A DNA stretch of 64,000 nucleotides from contig JAGVWZ010000009.1 in the NCBI GenBank assembly GCA_018304045.1, forward strand, positions 13 through 64,012. Reading direction: 5' to 3'. Below the pieces are notes generated by a model that searched no databases, was not told the origin of the DNA, and worked only from the letters and a program-made list of their open reading frames with translations. Of the stretch, positions 40,562 through 49,079 are shown one piece after another (within the stretch, counting starts at the first letter, position 1; every line of letters begins with the position of its first letter). The position numbers and the translations under genes are program-made. The stretch is from Candidatus Pacearchaeota archaeon (GTDB taxonomy: Archaea; Nanobdellota; Nanobdellia; Pacearchaeales; GW2011-AR1).

Positions 40562-41960
40562 TGTTTTCTTTTATTTTTTTAATTGTATTTGTTGTGGATT
40601 TGTTTGGGACGTTAATGCCTAAGATTATTTTTCCATTATAACTTTCAACTACTTTTCTTTCTTCTTGATTTATGGTGTTTATATTGTAATCCCCCCCTTT
40701 AACATAGAAATCTGGTTTTAATATTGCTAAGTAATCCTTAACACCTTGATAGGGATATATGATAACATAGTCTATAAATCCCATTCCAGCAAGTATTTCT
40801 GCTCTGTCTAATTCTGTGTTGATTGGTCTTTCAGGACCTTTTAATCTTCTTATAGAATCATCAGAATCTATTCCCACAATTAAAATATCTCCTAATTTTT
40901 TTGCTTCTTTTAAATATTTTAAATGACCTATGTGGAGAATATCAAAACATCCATTGGTCCAAACTATTTTTTTATTTTTTATTTTATAATCATGAACGAG
41001 TTTTTTTAGTTCTTCTAATTCAACAATTTTTCTTTCTTTAGATGCAATCCTACTCCTTAATTCACTTAATAATACTGAATAGGTTCCTTTTTTTTCAACT
41101 GCTATTCCTGCTGCATAGTTTGCAATTATTGCTGCTTCTTCCAAAGAAGCTTTTGAAGAAATTGCTAATGAAAGTGTGGCTATGACTGTATCTCCTGCAC
41201 CGCTAACATCATAAACCTCTCTTGCAAAAGTAGGAATCTCCACTAAATTTTCTTTTGAAAAAATAAGCATTCCTTTTTCACCTATAGTAATAAGTATGTT
41301 TGAATCTAATTCATCCATTAATTTTTTTCCAGCTTCTTTTATATCGCTTAGTCCTGTCATTTCTTTTGCTTCTTTTTCATTTGGTTTTATTAAAAAAAAT
41401 CCTTTAAAGAGATGAATGTGTTTTGGCTTAGTATCTACTATTGTTTTTGATTTAAAGGGGAAGATTAAATCAACTAAATCTTTTGTTATTGTTCCTTTGA
41501 GATAATCAGAGACTATTATAATATCTGATTTTTCTGCTTCGCTTAATATTTTTTTCTTTGTTTCTTTTGAAAAAAATTTTTCATTTATATCTTCTTGATC
41601 CATTCTTATTATTTGCTGATTTTTGCAACAAATTCTTGATTTGGTTATTGTTGAATGATTTTCATCCAAAGAACAATTAATATTCTTTTCTTTACATAAT
41701 TTTTTTAATATTTCTGCATGATTATCTTTTCCAACAAAAGCAAATAAAGTAACATTTCCTTTTAATGAAACTATATTTGAAGCTACATTTCCAGAACCAC
41801 CTAAATCATAGGTTTCATCAGTTACATTTAAAATTGGAACTGGTGCTTCAGGACTAATCCTTGAAATATTTCCATAGACATATTTATCTAGAATTAAATC
41901 TCCAATTACTAATATTTTTTTATTTTCAAAACTTGACATTATTTTATCAAAACCATTCAT
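40551..41960 (-). CDS. hldE: bifunctional heptose 7-P kinase / heptose 1-P adenylyltransferase (HldE/RfaE)
   Basis: 469 aa. PfkB kinase domain (ILVIGDLILDKYVYG, GAGDT) plus cytidylyltransferase fold (TNGCFDILHIGHLKYL). Confidence 0.9.
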   Translation of the reverse strand: MNGFDKIMSSFENKKILVIGDLILDKYVYGNISRISPEAPVPILNVTDETYDLGGSGNVASNIVSLKGNVTLFAFVGKDNHAEILKKLCKEKNINCSLDENHSTITKSRICCKNQQIIRMDQEDINEKFFSKETKKKILSEAEKSDIIIVSDYLKGTITKDLVDLIFPFKSKTIVDTKPKHIHLFKGFFLIKPNEKEAKEMTGLSDIKEAGKKLMDELDSNILITIGEKGMLIFSKENLVEIPTFAREVYDVSGAGDTVIATLSLAISSKASLEEAAIIANYAAGIAVEKKGTYSVLLSELRSRIASKERKIVELEELKKLVHDYKIKNKKIVWTNGCFDILHIGHLKYLKEAKKLGDILIVGIDSDDSIRRLKGPERPINTELDRAEILAGMGFIDYVIIYPYQGVKDYLAILKPDFYVKGGDYNINTINQEERKVVESYNGKIILGINVPNKSTTNTIKKIKENNEK

Positions 41961-42511
41961 ATTAAACCTGCCTCTACTTTATCTGCTAGATTATGTATTA
42001 AAAATAATTGTATTTCCTGTATTCTTGCTGTTTCTTCAGATCTTGATTTAATTATAAAATCTGAAACTCCTTCAAGTTTATTTGATTTGTTTCCTGTAAA
42101 AGATATTACAATGCATTTTAGTTCTTTTGCTGTTTTTGCAGCATTAACAAGATTTTCTGAATTTCCAGATGTTGTTAATAATATTAAAATGTCCCCTGAT
42201 TTTGCTAATCCTTCTATTTGTCTTGAGAAAATCTGTGAAAAAGAGTAATCATTTGAACATGCTGTTAAAACAGATGTATCTGTGGTTAAGGAGATTGCAG
42301 GAATTGATTTTCTTTCTCTTTTAAAACGAATTATTAATTCAGCTGCAAAATGCTGAGATTCTGCTGCAGAACCGCCGTTCCCACAAATCATAATTTTATT
42401 TCCATTTTTAACTGAGTCTATTATTATATTTGCTATTTCTTCTATTTTGTCTGATTCAAATTTTAAGGTTTCTTCTAAACCAGAAATAAGGTTTTTGGCA
42501 TTATTTAACAT
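41957..42511 (-). CDS. gmhA: phosphoheptose isomerase (SIS domain)
   Basis: 184 aa with ICGNGGSAAESQHFAAEL and LLTTSGNSENL motifs. Confidence 0.9.
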   Translation of the reverse strand: MLNNAKNLISGLEETLKFESDKIEEIANIIIDSVKNGNKIMICGNGGSAAESQHFAAELIIRFKRERKSIPAISLTTDTSVLTACSNDYSFSQIFSRQIEGLAKSGDILILLTTSGNSENLVNAAKTAKELKCIVISFTGNKSNKLEGVSDFIIKSRSEETARIQEIQLFLIHNLADKVEAGLI

Positions 42512-42549
42512 AAAATCAATATTAGTAAGTTATTTAAAAATATTGCGAT

Positions 42550-42960
42550 TCAATAGTACTTTTCTTTATTAGAGATTAGGTAGTTTATAAGACTAAATTC
42601 TCTTAAATAAAGCTCTTTTTCATTGTAAAGATCAATTAAATCTAGAATTGAATGAAATATCATTCCAATAGATATCCAAAAAAATTCAATCCAAACATAG
42701 CTCAATAATAGGACAAATATCAAAAACTCCAGGGTATGAAAAATCATTAGTGTTTTCTTTTTCTTTTTTAAGTGTTTTAAGAAATAAAATGCATTTTTCA
42801 AATGAAAATCTTCATGTTTAATAATATACCATAAATAATGATCAAAATCTATTAAAAAAGATGCTAGGAAAACTAATGTGCAATTGAAAATATCCAGGCC
42901 AATTACATATAGGATTATTGAAAATATTGCTCCAAAAAAAATATGAACTTTAGGTAACAT
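42550..42960 (-). CDS. small polytopic membrane protein (DUF457/YdjM-like?)
   Basis: 136 aa, 4 TM, with an IDFDHYLWY His/Asp motif. TAATG overlap with the secD stop. Confidence 0.45.
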   Translation of the reverse strand: MLPKVHIFFGAIFSIILYVIGLDIFNCTLVFLASFLIDFDHYLWYIIKHEDFHLKNAFYFLKHLKKKKKTLMIFHTLEFLIFVLLLSYVWIEFFWISIGMIFHSILDLIDLYNEKELYLREFSLINYLISNKEKYY

Positions 42961-44477
42961 TACTCTTTTATGATTAATTTTATTATTTCAGAGAAAGCAG
43001 GCCTTGTTATTAATATTCCTACACAAACTCCTATTAATGTTGTTAATGCAAACCCTTTTAACATTCCAGCACCTGCCCAGAATAATGGTAACATTGCAAC
43101 TACAACTAATGCAAACGCACTTAAAATTATAAAAAATGCATTTTTTACCCTTTCTTTTAGGCTTGTGTTTTTATTTGATTCGGCTTCATCCATAATTAAA
43201 ATCTGATCATTCACCCCAGTACCCATTCCTGCAATTATTCCAGCTATTGAAGCTGCATCTAAATTCCACTTGATTAAAGCAGCTATTGCAAGTGTTATGA
43301 ACATTTCTGAAAACATTGTCAATATCACTGCTAAAGTAACTTTTATTTTTCTGAATTTAAAAAATATCATTAATGAAACAATTAAAAAAACAATTAGGCC
43401 TAATAAGATTAAATTTTTTGTAAATTCTTTTCCTAAAACAGGAGAAATTGTATCTATTTTGACTATTTCTAATTTAAATGGGAGGCTTCCTGTTATAAGG
43501 ATTGTTTGTAATTTTTTCATATTATTTGTTGCATCATCATAGGCTTCTTTTCTGGTTATTCCTTTTCCAGAACCTTGGATTGAAATTTGAGTTGTTTCTC
43601 TTCCTTTAAGATCTCTTGAAATAGATAAAGAATCAACTAGACTATCGTCTAGATATAAATCTAATTTTTGGCTTAAATATTCTGGATTTGTTGGATCTGT
43701 TGAAAGATTAGAAGTTATTGCTGCTTGTCTTTTAGCAGCTATTTCACTTAAGGTTATTGCAAATCTAAAAGAACATGCTTCTTCTCCATTATATGTATCA
43801 CATGCATAGATTCCAGATTGCTCACCTGTTCTTGCAACATAGGTTATGTCTTCTTCTCCACCAATAAACACTGTGTCATTTCCAATTTTTGCTTCAAACT
43901 TACCTTGTTTTGAAACAAGGTCCTCTATATCTGTTGGTGTTGCTCCTGCAATTTCTATTAACATAAAATTATTTCCTGATAAGTCTGAAACTTGTTTAAC
44001 AGATACATCTGCAATTCCAAATTCATTTAATCTATTACTTGTAACTGAGATCAGGTCATTTAATTCATTAGAGTTAAGAGATTTATTTTCTGCTTTTACA
44101 AGAGCTCGTGCTCCTCCACTTAAATCTAAACCTGTTTTGATTTTTGTATTAGGAATATTTGCAACAGTTACTCTTGGAGGTTCATCTGTGAATAGGACAA
44201 ACTCTGAATCTTTTGTTGTTATTGCTAAAGAGGTTTTATTAGTTGTTGGAAATATAGAATTTATTATTTTTGAATAATCTTCTAAACTTTTAACTGCATT
44301 TCCATTTACAGATTGGATTATCATGTTAGTCCTTAAACCTTGATCAAAGGCTGTTGAGTTTTTCTCTACACTCTTGATAACAACTCCTGTTTCAAAACTT
44401 GGAGATATAACTAAAGCAGATGCTATGAGAACTATTATCAATAGCCATATTTTCCAAGATAGTTTGGGGAATTTCAT
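42960..44477 (-). CDS. secD: protein-export membrane protein SecD
   Basis: 505 aa. N-terminal TM, a large external domain and a C-terminal 6-TM block (GMGTGVNDQILIMDE). Confidence 0.9.
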   Translation of the reverse strand: MKFPKLSWKIWLLIIVLIASALVISPSFETGVVIKSVEKNSTAFDQGLRTNMIIQSVNGNAVKSLEDYSKIINSIFPTTNKTSLAITTKDSEFVLFTDEPPRVTVANIPNTKIKTGLDLSGGARALVKAENKSLNSNELNDLISVTSNRLNEFGIADVSVKQVSDLSGNNFMLIEIAGATPTDIEDLVSKQGKFEAKIGNDTVFIGGEEDITYVARTGEQSGIYACDTYNGEEACSFRFAITLSEIAAKRQAAITSNLSTDPTNPEYLSQKLDLYLDDSLVDSLSISRDLKGRETTQISIQGSGKGITRKEAYDDATNNMKKLQTILITGSLPFKLEIVKIDTISPVLGKEFTKNLILLGLIVFLIVSLMIFFKFRKIKVTLAVILTMFSEMFITLAIAALIKWNLDAASIAGIIAGMGTGVNDQILIMDEAESNKNTSLKERVKNAFFIILSAFALVVVAMLPLFWAGAGMLKGFALTTLIGVCVGILITRPAFSEIIKLIIKE

Positions 44478-44544
44478 TGTATTTATTAATTCCCCAATCC
44501 TCCAAAAATATTTTTTATTCTAATTTTTGCAGTTTTAGGGAATT

Positions 44545-45429
44545 TCATTGTATTTTTTTGTAATCACAATACCATTTAATTATGCTAGCATTTGTTAACC
44601 AGGTGTTAAGTAAATCTGCAATTAGGCCTAGGGCTAAAATAAAGAAGATCTGTCTAAAAGAATCTGGCAAACCAGATACAATAAAAAATGCAGGAAGAAC
44701 TGCAAAAAGTGCAGTCATTGTCATGAAAGAACCTGTTTTAAATGCTCGAAATATTCTTTTGTTTAATGTACTACCTTTTGTTCTTATTGCCCTTGTTGTA
44801 AGCAAAATATCTGTATCAACTGAATAACCAATCAACATTAAAAATGCAGCTATTCCTGCTGCTGAAATTCTCATTCCTAAAAAGTCTATTAATGCTAAAG
44901 GCATGATAATATCTCCAAAAACTGCAAAAATTACTGCTAAACTTGGAAGAAATGTTCTAAATATTATAAAAATAGTTATTGACATTAGTATGAAGGATAT
45001 TATTAATGCTATTATTAATTGTTTGTAAAAACTATTGCTTAAAGATGGTCCTGTAAACTCGACACTAGAATTTTCATTTGTTAATTCATAACCTAAAATT
45101 TTTTGTATTTCTGGTTTAATATTTTCTGGTTTTGCAGAGGTTTCTATAATCAAAGAAACTGGTTTTCCAGTTGTTATGTCAGTTAAACTTCTTGTGCTTA
45201 TGTCTGGAAATTTTTCTTTTAATTGAGATTCTAAGTTTCCTGAATCTATATTTCCCAGGAGAGTTATTGTTGTTCCACCTGATAATGAAACATCTTTTAA
45301 CATTATATCATTATGTTGAGAGTAAAAATATCCAAGATAGGCCATTGACACTAAGATTAATATGATTGGTATTACTAATAATTTTTTGTACCACTTATCG
45401 TACCAATCTTTTACTTCTGTATTTTCCAT
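44545..45429 (-). CDS. secF: protein-export membrane protein SecF
   Basis: 294 aa with GYSVDTDILLTTR and 6 TM. Adjacent to secD. Confidence 0.9.
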   Translation of the reverse strand: MENTEVKDWYDKWYKKLLVIPIILILVSMAYLGYFYSQHNDIMLKDVSLSGGTTITLLGNIDSGNLESQLKEKFPDISTRSLTDITTGKPVSLIIETSAKPENIKPEIQKILGYELTNENSSVEFTGPSLSNSFYKQLIIALIISFILMSITIFIIFRTFLPSLAVIFAVFGDIIMPLALIDFLGMRISAAGIAAFLMLIGYSVDTDILLTTRAIRTKGSTLNKRIFRAFKTGSFMTMTALFAVLPAFFIVSGLPDSFRQIFFILALGLIADLLNTWLTNASIIKWYCDYKKIQ

Positions 45430-45543
45430 TTTAATAAAATAGTGAGAAAAGGCGGTTTTATAAGTCTTTTGATAAAAAGACTTATTGCGTATCTAAATCA
45501 TGAATAGTGAGATTTTATTAATTGTTCATAAATTCGCATTTTT

Positions 45544-45583
45544 AGTAATTGAAAATTCCCTGCTAAAATAAAATGCGCCGGCC
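45544..45583 (-). repeat. duplicate of the tRNA-Gly 3' acceptor end plus 30-nt trailer (pseudo-tRNA fragment)
   Basis: agtaattgaaaattccctgc[t/c]aaaataaaatgcgccggcc occurs at 45544-45583 and 45727-45766 with 39/40 identity. Beyond it, copy A retains only degraded tRNA-like sequence (tacccgaccaact). Confidence 0.8.
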
Positions 45584-45650
45584 TACCCGACCAACTCATT
45601 TTTTAATCAGCCAGTATTTAAGGATCAAATTATATTTAGAATAACCTTAA

Positions 45651-45667
45651 AAAATGCGCCGGCCGGG
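45651..45667 (-). repeat. second isolated copy of the tRNA-Gly 3' end
   Basis: aaaatgcgccggccggg is identical to 45753-45769. It is followed by unrelated sequence containing a 7-bp hairpin (aatttat-cat-ataaatt on the minus strand). Confidence 0.75.
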
Positions 45668-45756
45668 TCCTCAACAATTTATATGATAAATTCTTGGGAA
45701 CCCCAATTCTCCCTAAATCGAATTGAAGTAATTGAAAATTCCCTGCCAAAATAAAA

Positions 45757-45827
45757 TGCGCCGGCCGGGAATTGAACCCGGGCCAACTGGTTGGAAGCCA
45801 ATTGTTCTACCACTAAACCACCAGCGC
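45757..45827 (-). tRNA. tRNA-Gly (anticodon UCC)
   Basis: Hand-folded cloverleaf: GCGCTGG/CCGGCGC acceptor, GTTT/GAAC D-stem, ATTGG-CTTCCAA-CCAGT anticodon arm, CCGGG-TTCAATT-CCCGG T-arm, discriminator A. 71 nt, no encoded CCA. Confidence 0.85.
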
Positions 45828-45870
45828 ATATTTTTTAAATAATCTGTTTGGTTTTTTAAATGTTTGGAAG

Positions 45871-45945
45871 CGCGCTCGGGAGGATTTGAACCCCCGACCT
45901 TCGGCTTAGGATGCCACCGCTCTATCCAGGCTGAGCTACGAGCGC
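45871..45945 (-). tRNA. tRNA-Arg (anticodon CCU)
   Basis: GCGCTCG/CGAGCGC acceptor, GCTC-AGCCTGGATA-GAGC D-arm, anticodon loop ATCCTAA, GGGGG-TTCAAAT-CCTCC T-arm. 75 nt. Confidence 0.85.
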
Positions 45946-46904
45946 AATTTTATCTAAATGCTTTTTATTGGATGACCCAATTAGTTTCATCCATTTATTT
46001 AACTGTATGCTTCCTTTTAAGATTATTTGTTGGTTTGGAAAACGAGATTTATTTAATTGAACTTTGAAACCTTCTTTTATCAAAGATTCATAAATCTGAT
46101 TAATTAAAATGGGTGATTTCATAGTAATATTTAAACAAGGATAATTATTTCCTACAGGAGTCTTATCAAAATAAAAAGATCCATCTGTATCGAAGATTCC
46201 TCTTAAAACATGTTTAATTGAATCAAAACCTAATGAATAAATTTTATTGGAAATTTTTAAGTCTATTTTTTACCAATAGGAAATCCTAATTCGGTATTTA
46301 GATAATTTAGAAAAGATTTATGGGCAAAATTTAGCTCTATAGAATTATATTTGGGGCGGTCTTTAAGATAAGCTCTTCTATTAAATAAATTCAATATATT
46401 GTTTTTTAAATAAAGAAAGAAATCTCTGTCTAAAGAATAATGTCCACTTATCCCAATTAAGTAAGTTATTTTATTTTTATATTTTAATTTGCTTATCCAA
46501 CCATCCCCTAAAAGAACTCCATAAAATTCTAAAAATAAAGAATTTTTTATATCTGGTAAAATGAATTCATTATAATCTCTCTTTGATTTTTTACCACCAT
46601 TACTTTGTCGTTTACTAATCTCTTTCAGCCCATATTTTTTAATCAATATTTTGTAAGTTTTCTTTCCTCCTTTTTTCTTCCCCCAAGAGTCTTCTTGCTT
46701 ATCTATAATTTTTAAATGTGAAGTTATCTCTACAGGTATAAATTTTTCTGGAAGGTATCTTTTTGGATTGTATCTCCATTCCCCCAAGGTACTTGAGGGA
46801 ATACTCATTAATTTAGATAAATTCGATAAGTTATAACAGTTGGTTTTATTTTTAAGGTAATTAAACAAATAAATTCTAGAATCTTTATCTAAAAGTACTC
46901 TCAT
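45922..46904 (-). pseudogene. double-motif LAGLIDADG homing endonuclease, interrupted by a frameshift
   Basis: ORF 46263..46904 carries motif 1 (LEFYGVLLGDGWIS). The -1 frame downstream (from ~46271 to 45922) carries motif 2 (VLRGIFDTDGSFYF) and IGSSNKKHL. The frames meet at an A6 run (minus strand; T-run 46266-46271). The last 24 nt read into tRNA-Arg. Confidence 0.8.
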
Positions 46905-46996
46905 AAAAATAGTAAGTTACCCGATTATATAAATATTTCCCTAACCTTCTAAGCTAACCATGTAAACCATACAATTATTATTTCAAAATTAGAAAA

Positions 46997-47080
46997 TGCA
47001 GGGAGTAGGAATCGAACCTACGAAGGCACTAAGCCAACAGATTTTGAGTCTGTCGCCTTTGACCGCTTGGCTATCCCTGC
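46997..47080 (-). tRNA. tRNA-Leu (anticodon CAA), class II
   Basis: GCAGGGA/TCCCTGC acceptor, ACAGA-CTCAAAA-TCTGT anticodon arm, 15-nt variable arm TGGCTTAGTGCCTTC, GTAGG-TTCGATT-CCTAC T-arm. 84 nt. Confidence 0.9.
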
Positions 47081-47141
47081 TTAAAAAACCTAATTATAAT
47101 AGGTATAAAAAGTTTTATAAAGCCTTATTTTATGATATAAA

Positions 47142-47248
<107 letters not shown>

Positions 47249-47257
<9 letters not shown>

Positions 47258-47494
47258 CCTTTAAATTATATTGATAGATATCATAGGAAAACTAAAATTA
47301 TTATACCTATAAGATGCATGAGTTGTGGAAAGCCAATTGGAAATTCTTGGGAAGAATTTAAAACAAGAGTTGAAAAAGGTGAAGATAGTAAAAAAGTTCT
47401 TGAAGATTTAGGATTAGAAAGATTTTGCTGCAGAGCAATGTTTTTAGGACAAGTTGATACTTTAGAATTAATTAATAAGTTTAAGAAATTCTAA
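47249..47494 (+). CDS. rpoN: DNA-directed RNA polymerase subunit N (Rpo10/Rpb10)
   Basis: IPIRCMSCGKPIGNSWEEF...RFCCRAMF zinc motif. The track start (TTG 47249) lies inside the 5S gene, and the conserved protein begins at I-I-I-P (47297), so the true start is uncertain. Confidence 0.8.
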
Positions 47495-47573
47495 TTGAGA
47501 ATTATTATAGTTTAAATCTTCGGGGGGGGCGTTGAACCTCTAATTTTATATAACTCCTTTTCTAAGAATTATT

Positions 47574-47831
47574 ATGAAATCTACGCTTTCCAAACAAGAA
47601 ATCAATGAAAAGATTAAGGAAGTTTTTTCAAAAAATGCAAGTAGGGAAGATATAAGAAAAATCAAAAAACTTGTCAGTTCTAAAAATATTAAACTTAAAG
47701 AATATAAAAATAAATTTTGTAAAAAATGTTTTTCTTTATTTAATTCCAATAATTCCAAAATTAGGATAAAGAAAGGATTTAAAACAATTATATGTAAATG
47801 TGGAAGTATCAGCAGATACAAATTAAAATGA
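47574..47831 (+). CDS. RNase P protein component 4 (Rpp21/Rpr2)
   Basis: 85 aa. Basic N-terminal helix plus an FCKKC...CKCG zinc ribbon ending in RYKLK. Confidence 0.75.
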   Translation: MKSTLSKQEINEKIKEVFSKNASREDIRKIKKLVSSKNIKLKEYKNKFCKKCFSLFNSNNSKIRIKKGFKTIICKCGSISRYKLK

Positions 47832-48016
47832 AATATGAATGTTGTGAATGTAAAAGAATTTTGAATATTGGAGATATGATTGTTAGTTCTAACCAAAATC
47901 AATTTTTTTGTTTAAGTGAACATGCTCCTTTAGAAGAAGATTCTTGTGCTAGAAAATATGTTGAAAGAACAAAAGATTTTTCAATGAGCTATTTTTTTGC
48001 AAGATTGGATAAATAA
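47828..48016 (+). CDS. small Cys-containing hypothetical protein
   Basis: ATGA overlap with the rpp21 stop. Sequence MKYECCECKRIL...FFCLSEH...CARK, 62 aa. The track ORF 47798..48016 starts earlier. Confidence 0.45.
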   Translation: MKYECCECKRILNIGDMIVSSNQNQFFCLSEHAPLEEDSCARKYVERTKDFSMSYFFARLDK

Positions 48017-48017
48017 A

Positions 48018-48962
48018 ATGGCAAAACCTTTTCCAAAACTTTCAGGTAAGTTAGTCCTTGCACCTATGCATGACATAACTAATATTGCATTTAGATTAAT
48101 GTGTAAAAAATATGGGGCTTCTCTTGTTAATACTGAACTCCTAAGTGCAAATGCACTTGCAATAAAAAACAATGCTGTAATAAAACTTGCAAAAACTTGT
48201 AAGGAAGAAAAGCCTGTTGCATGTCAGATTTTTTCAAATAATACTAAGAATATAGTTATTGCTGCAAAATTAATGGAAAAATATTTTGATATAATTGATA
48301 TTAATTTTGGTTGTCCTTCAGATAAAATAATGAAACAAGGAAGTGGTGGATATTTACTTAAAAGAAAGAAAAAGATTGGAGAAATTATAAAAAAAGTGAG
48401 CAAATCTATTGAGAAACCTTTGAGTGTAAAAATAAGACTTGGTTTTGATAAAAATGAAGGTGCGGAAATAGCAAAAATATGTAAGAAAAATAATGTAAGT
48501 GCAATTACAGTTCATGCAAGAACAGTAAAACAAGGCTATAGTGGAAAAGCTGATTGGGATTCTATTAAAAAAATAAAAGAGAGTGTCGATATACCGATTA
48601 TAGGCAATGGCGATGTAAGATGTGGAATTGATGCTGAAAAAATGTTAAAAGAAACAGGTTGTGACTATGTTATGATTGGCAGAGCTGCAATAGGAAATCC
48701 ATTTATTTTTAAGGAGATTGACCACTACCTTAAAACAGGTGAAATTATAAAACAAACAAAAGAAGAAAAAATAAAAGATTATTTTGAATATATTGAATAC
48801 GCAAAAAGTTTTAATATTTTTAGTGTTAAAGATGCAAAGCAAAAGGCAATTGAATTTACAAAAGGAATTGTTGGAAGCAGCAAACTCAGACAAAAATTAA
48901 ATAGAGTTAAGAGTTGGGAAGAAATTGAAAGTGTTTTTAACATTTTCAAAACTTTGCCTTAA
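48018..48962 (+). CDS. tRNA-dihydrouridine synthase (Dus family)
   Basis: LAPMHDITNIAFR, INFGCPSDKI and TVHARTVKQGYSGKADW motifs. The ATG at 48018 is preferred over the track start at 47997. Confidence 0.85.
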   Translation: MAKPFPKLSGKLVLAPMHDITNIAFRLMCKKYGASLVNTELLSANALAIKNNAVIKLAKTCKEEKPVACQIFSNNTKNIVIAAKLMEKYFDIIDINFGCPSDKIMKQGSGGYLLKRKKKIGEIIKKVSKSIEKPLSVKIRLGFDKNEGAEIAKICKKNNVSAITVHARTVKQGYSGKADWDSIKKIKESVDIPIIGNGDVRCGIDAEKMLKETGCDYVMIGRAAIGNPFIFKEIDHYLKTGEIIKQTKEEKIKDYFEYIEYAKSFNIFSVKDAKQKAIEFTKGIVGSSKLRQKLNRVKSWEEIESVFNIFKTLP

Positions 48963-49079
48963 GAAGTAAGGCTTCAAAAATAGAAAGAGAGATGAATGGA
49001 TTATTGGAAATAGATTAAATCACAAATCTTAAAAAGGGTTTATTCCATTAGAATTTGGAAAGAGTTCTTGATATTTAAA

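Noticed and set aside
45574-45770. Three spaced copies of tgcgccggcc looked at first like a mini CRISPR-type repeat array.
   Set aside because: The repeat is the 3' acceptor strand of tRNA-Gly. Spacing is irregular (81 and 102 nt), there are only three copies, and there are no cas genes. It is treated as tRNA-derived duplication instead.
45430-47100. Integrated mobile element or prophage at the tRNA cluster.
   Set aside because: No integrase, transposase or phage-like genes are present. The only selfish gene is the decayed homing endonuclease, and the repeats flank just ~180 nt.
47521-47540. G8 tract (cggggggggcg) followed by gttgaacc, reminiscent of a tRNA T-loop on the minus strand.
   Set aside because: No complementary T-stem, acceptor or anticodon arm can be drawn on either strand. 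It is probably just the rpoN 3' UTR or a terminator region.
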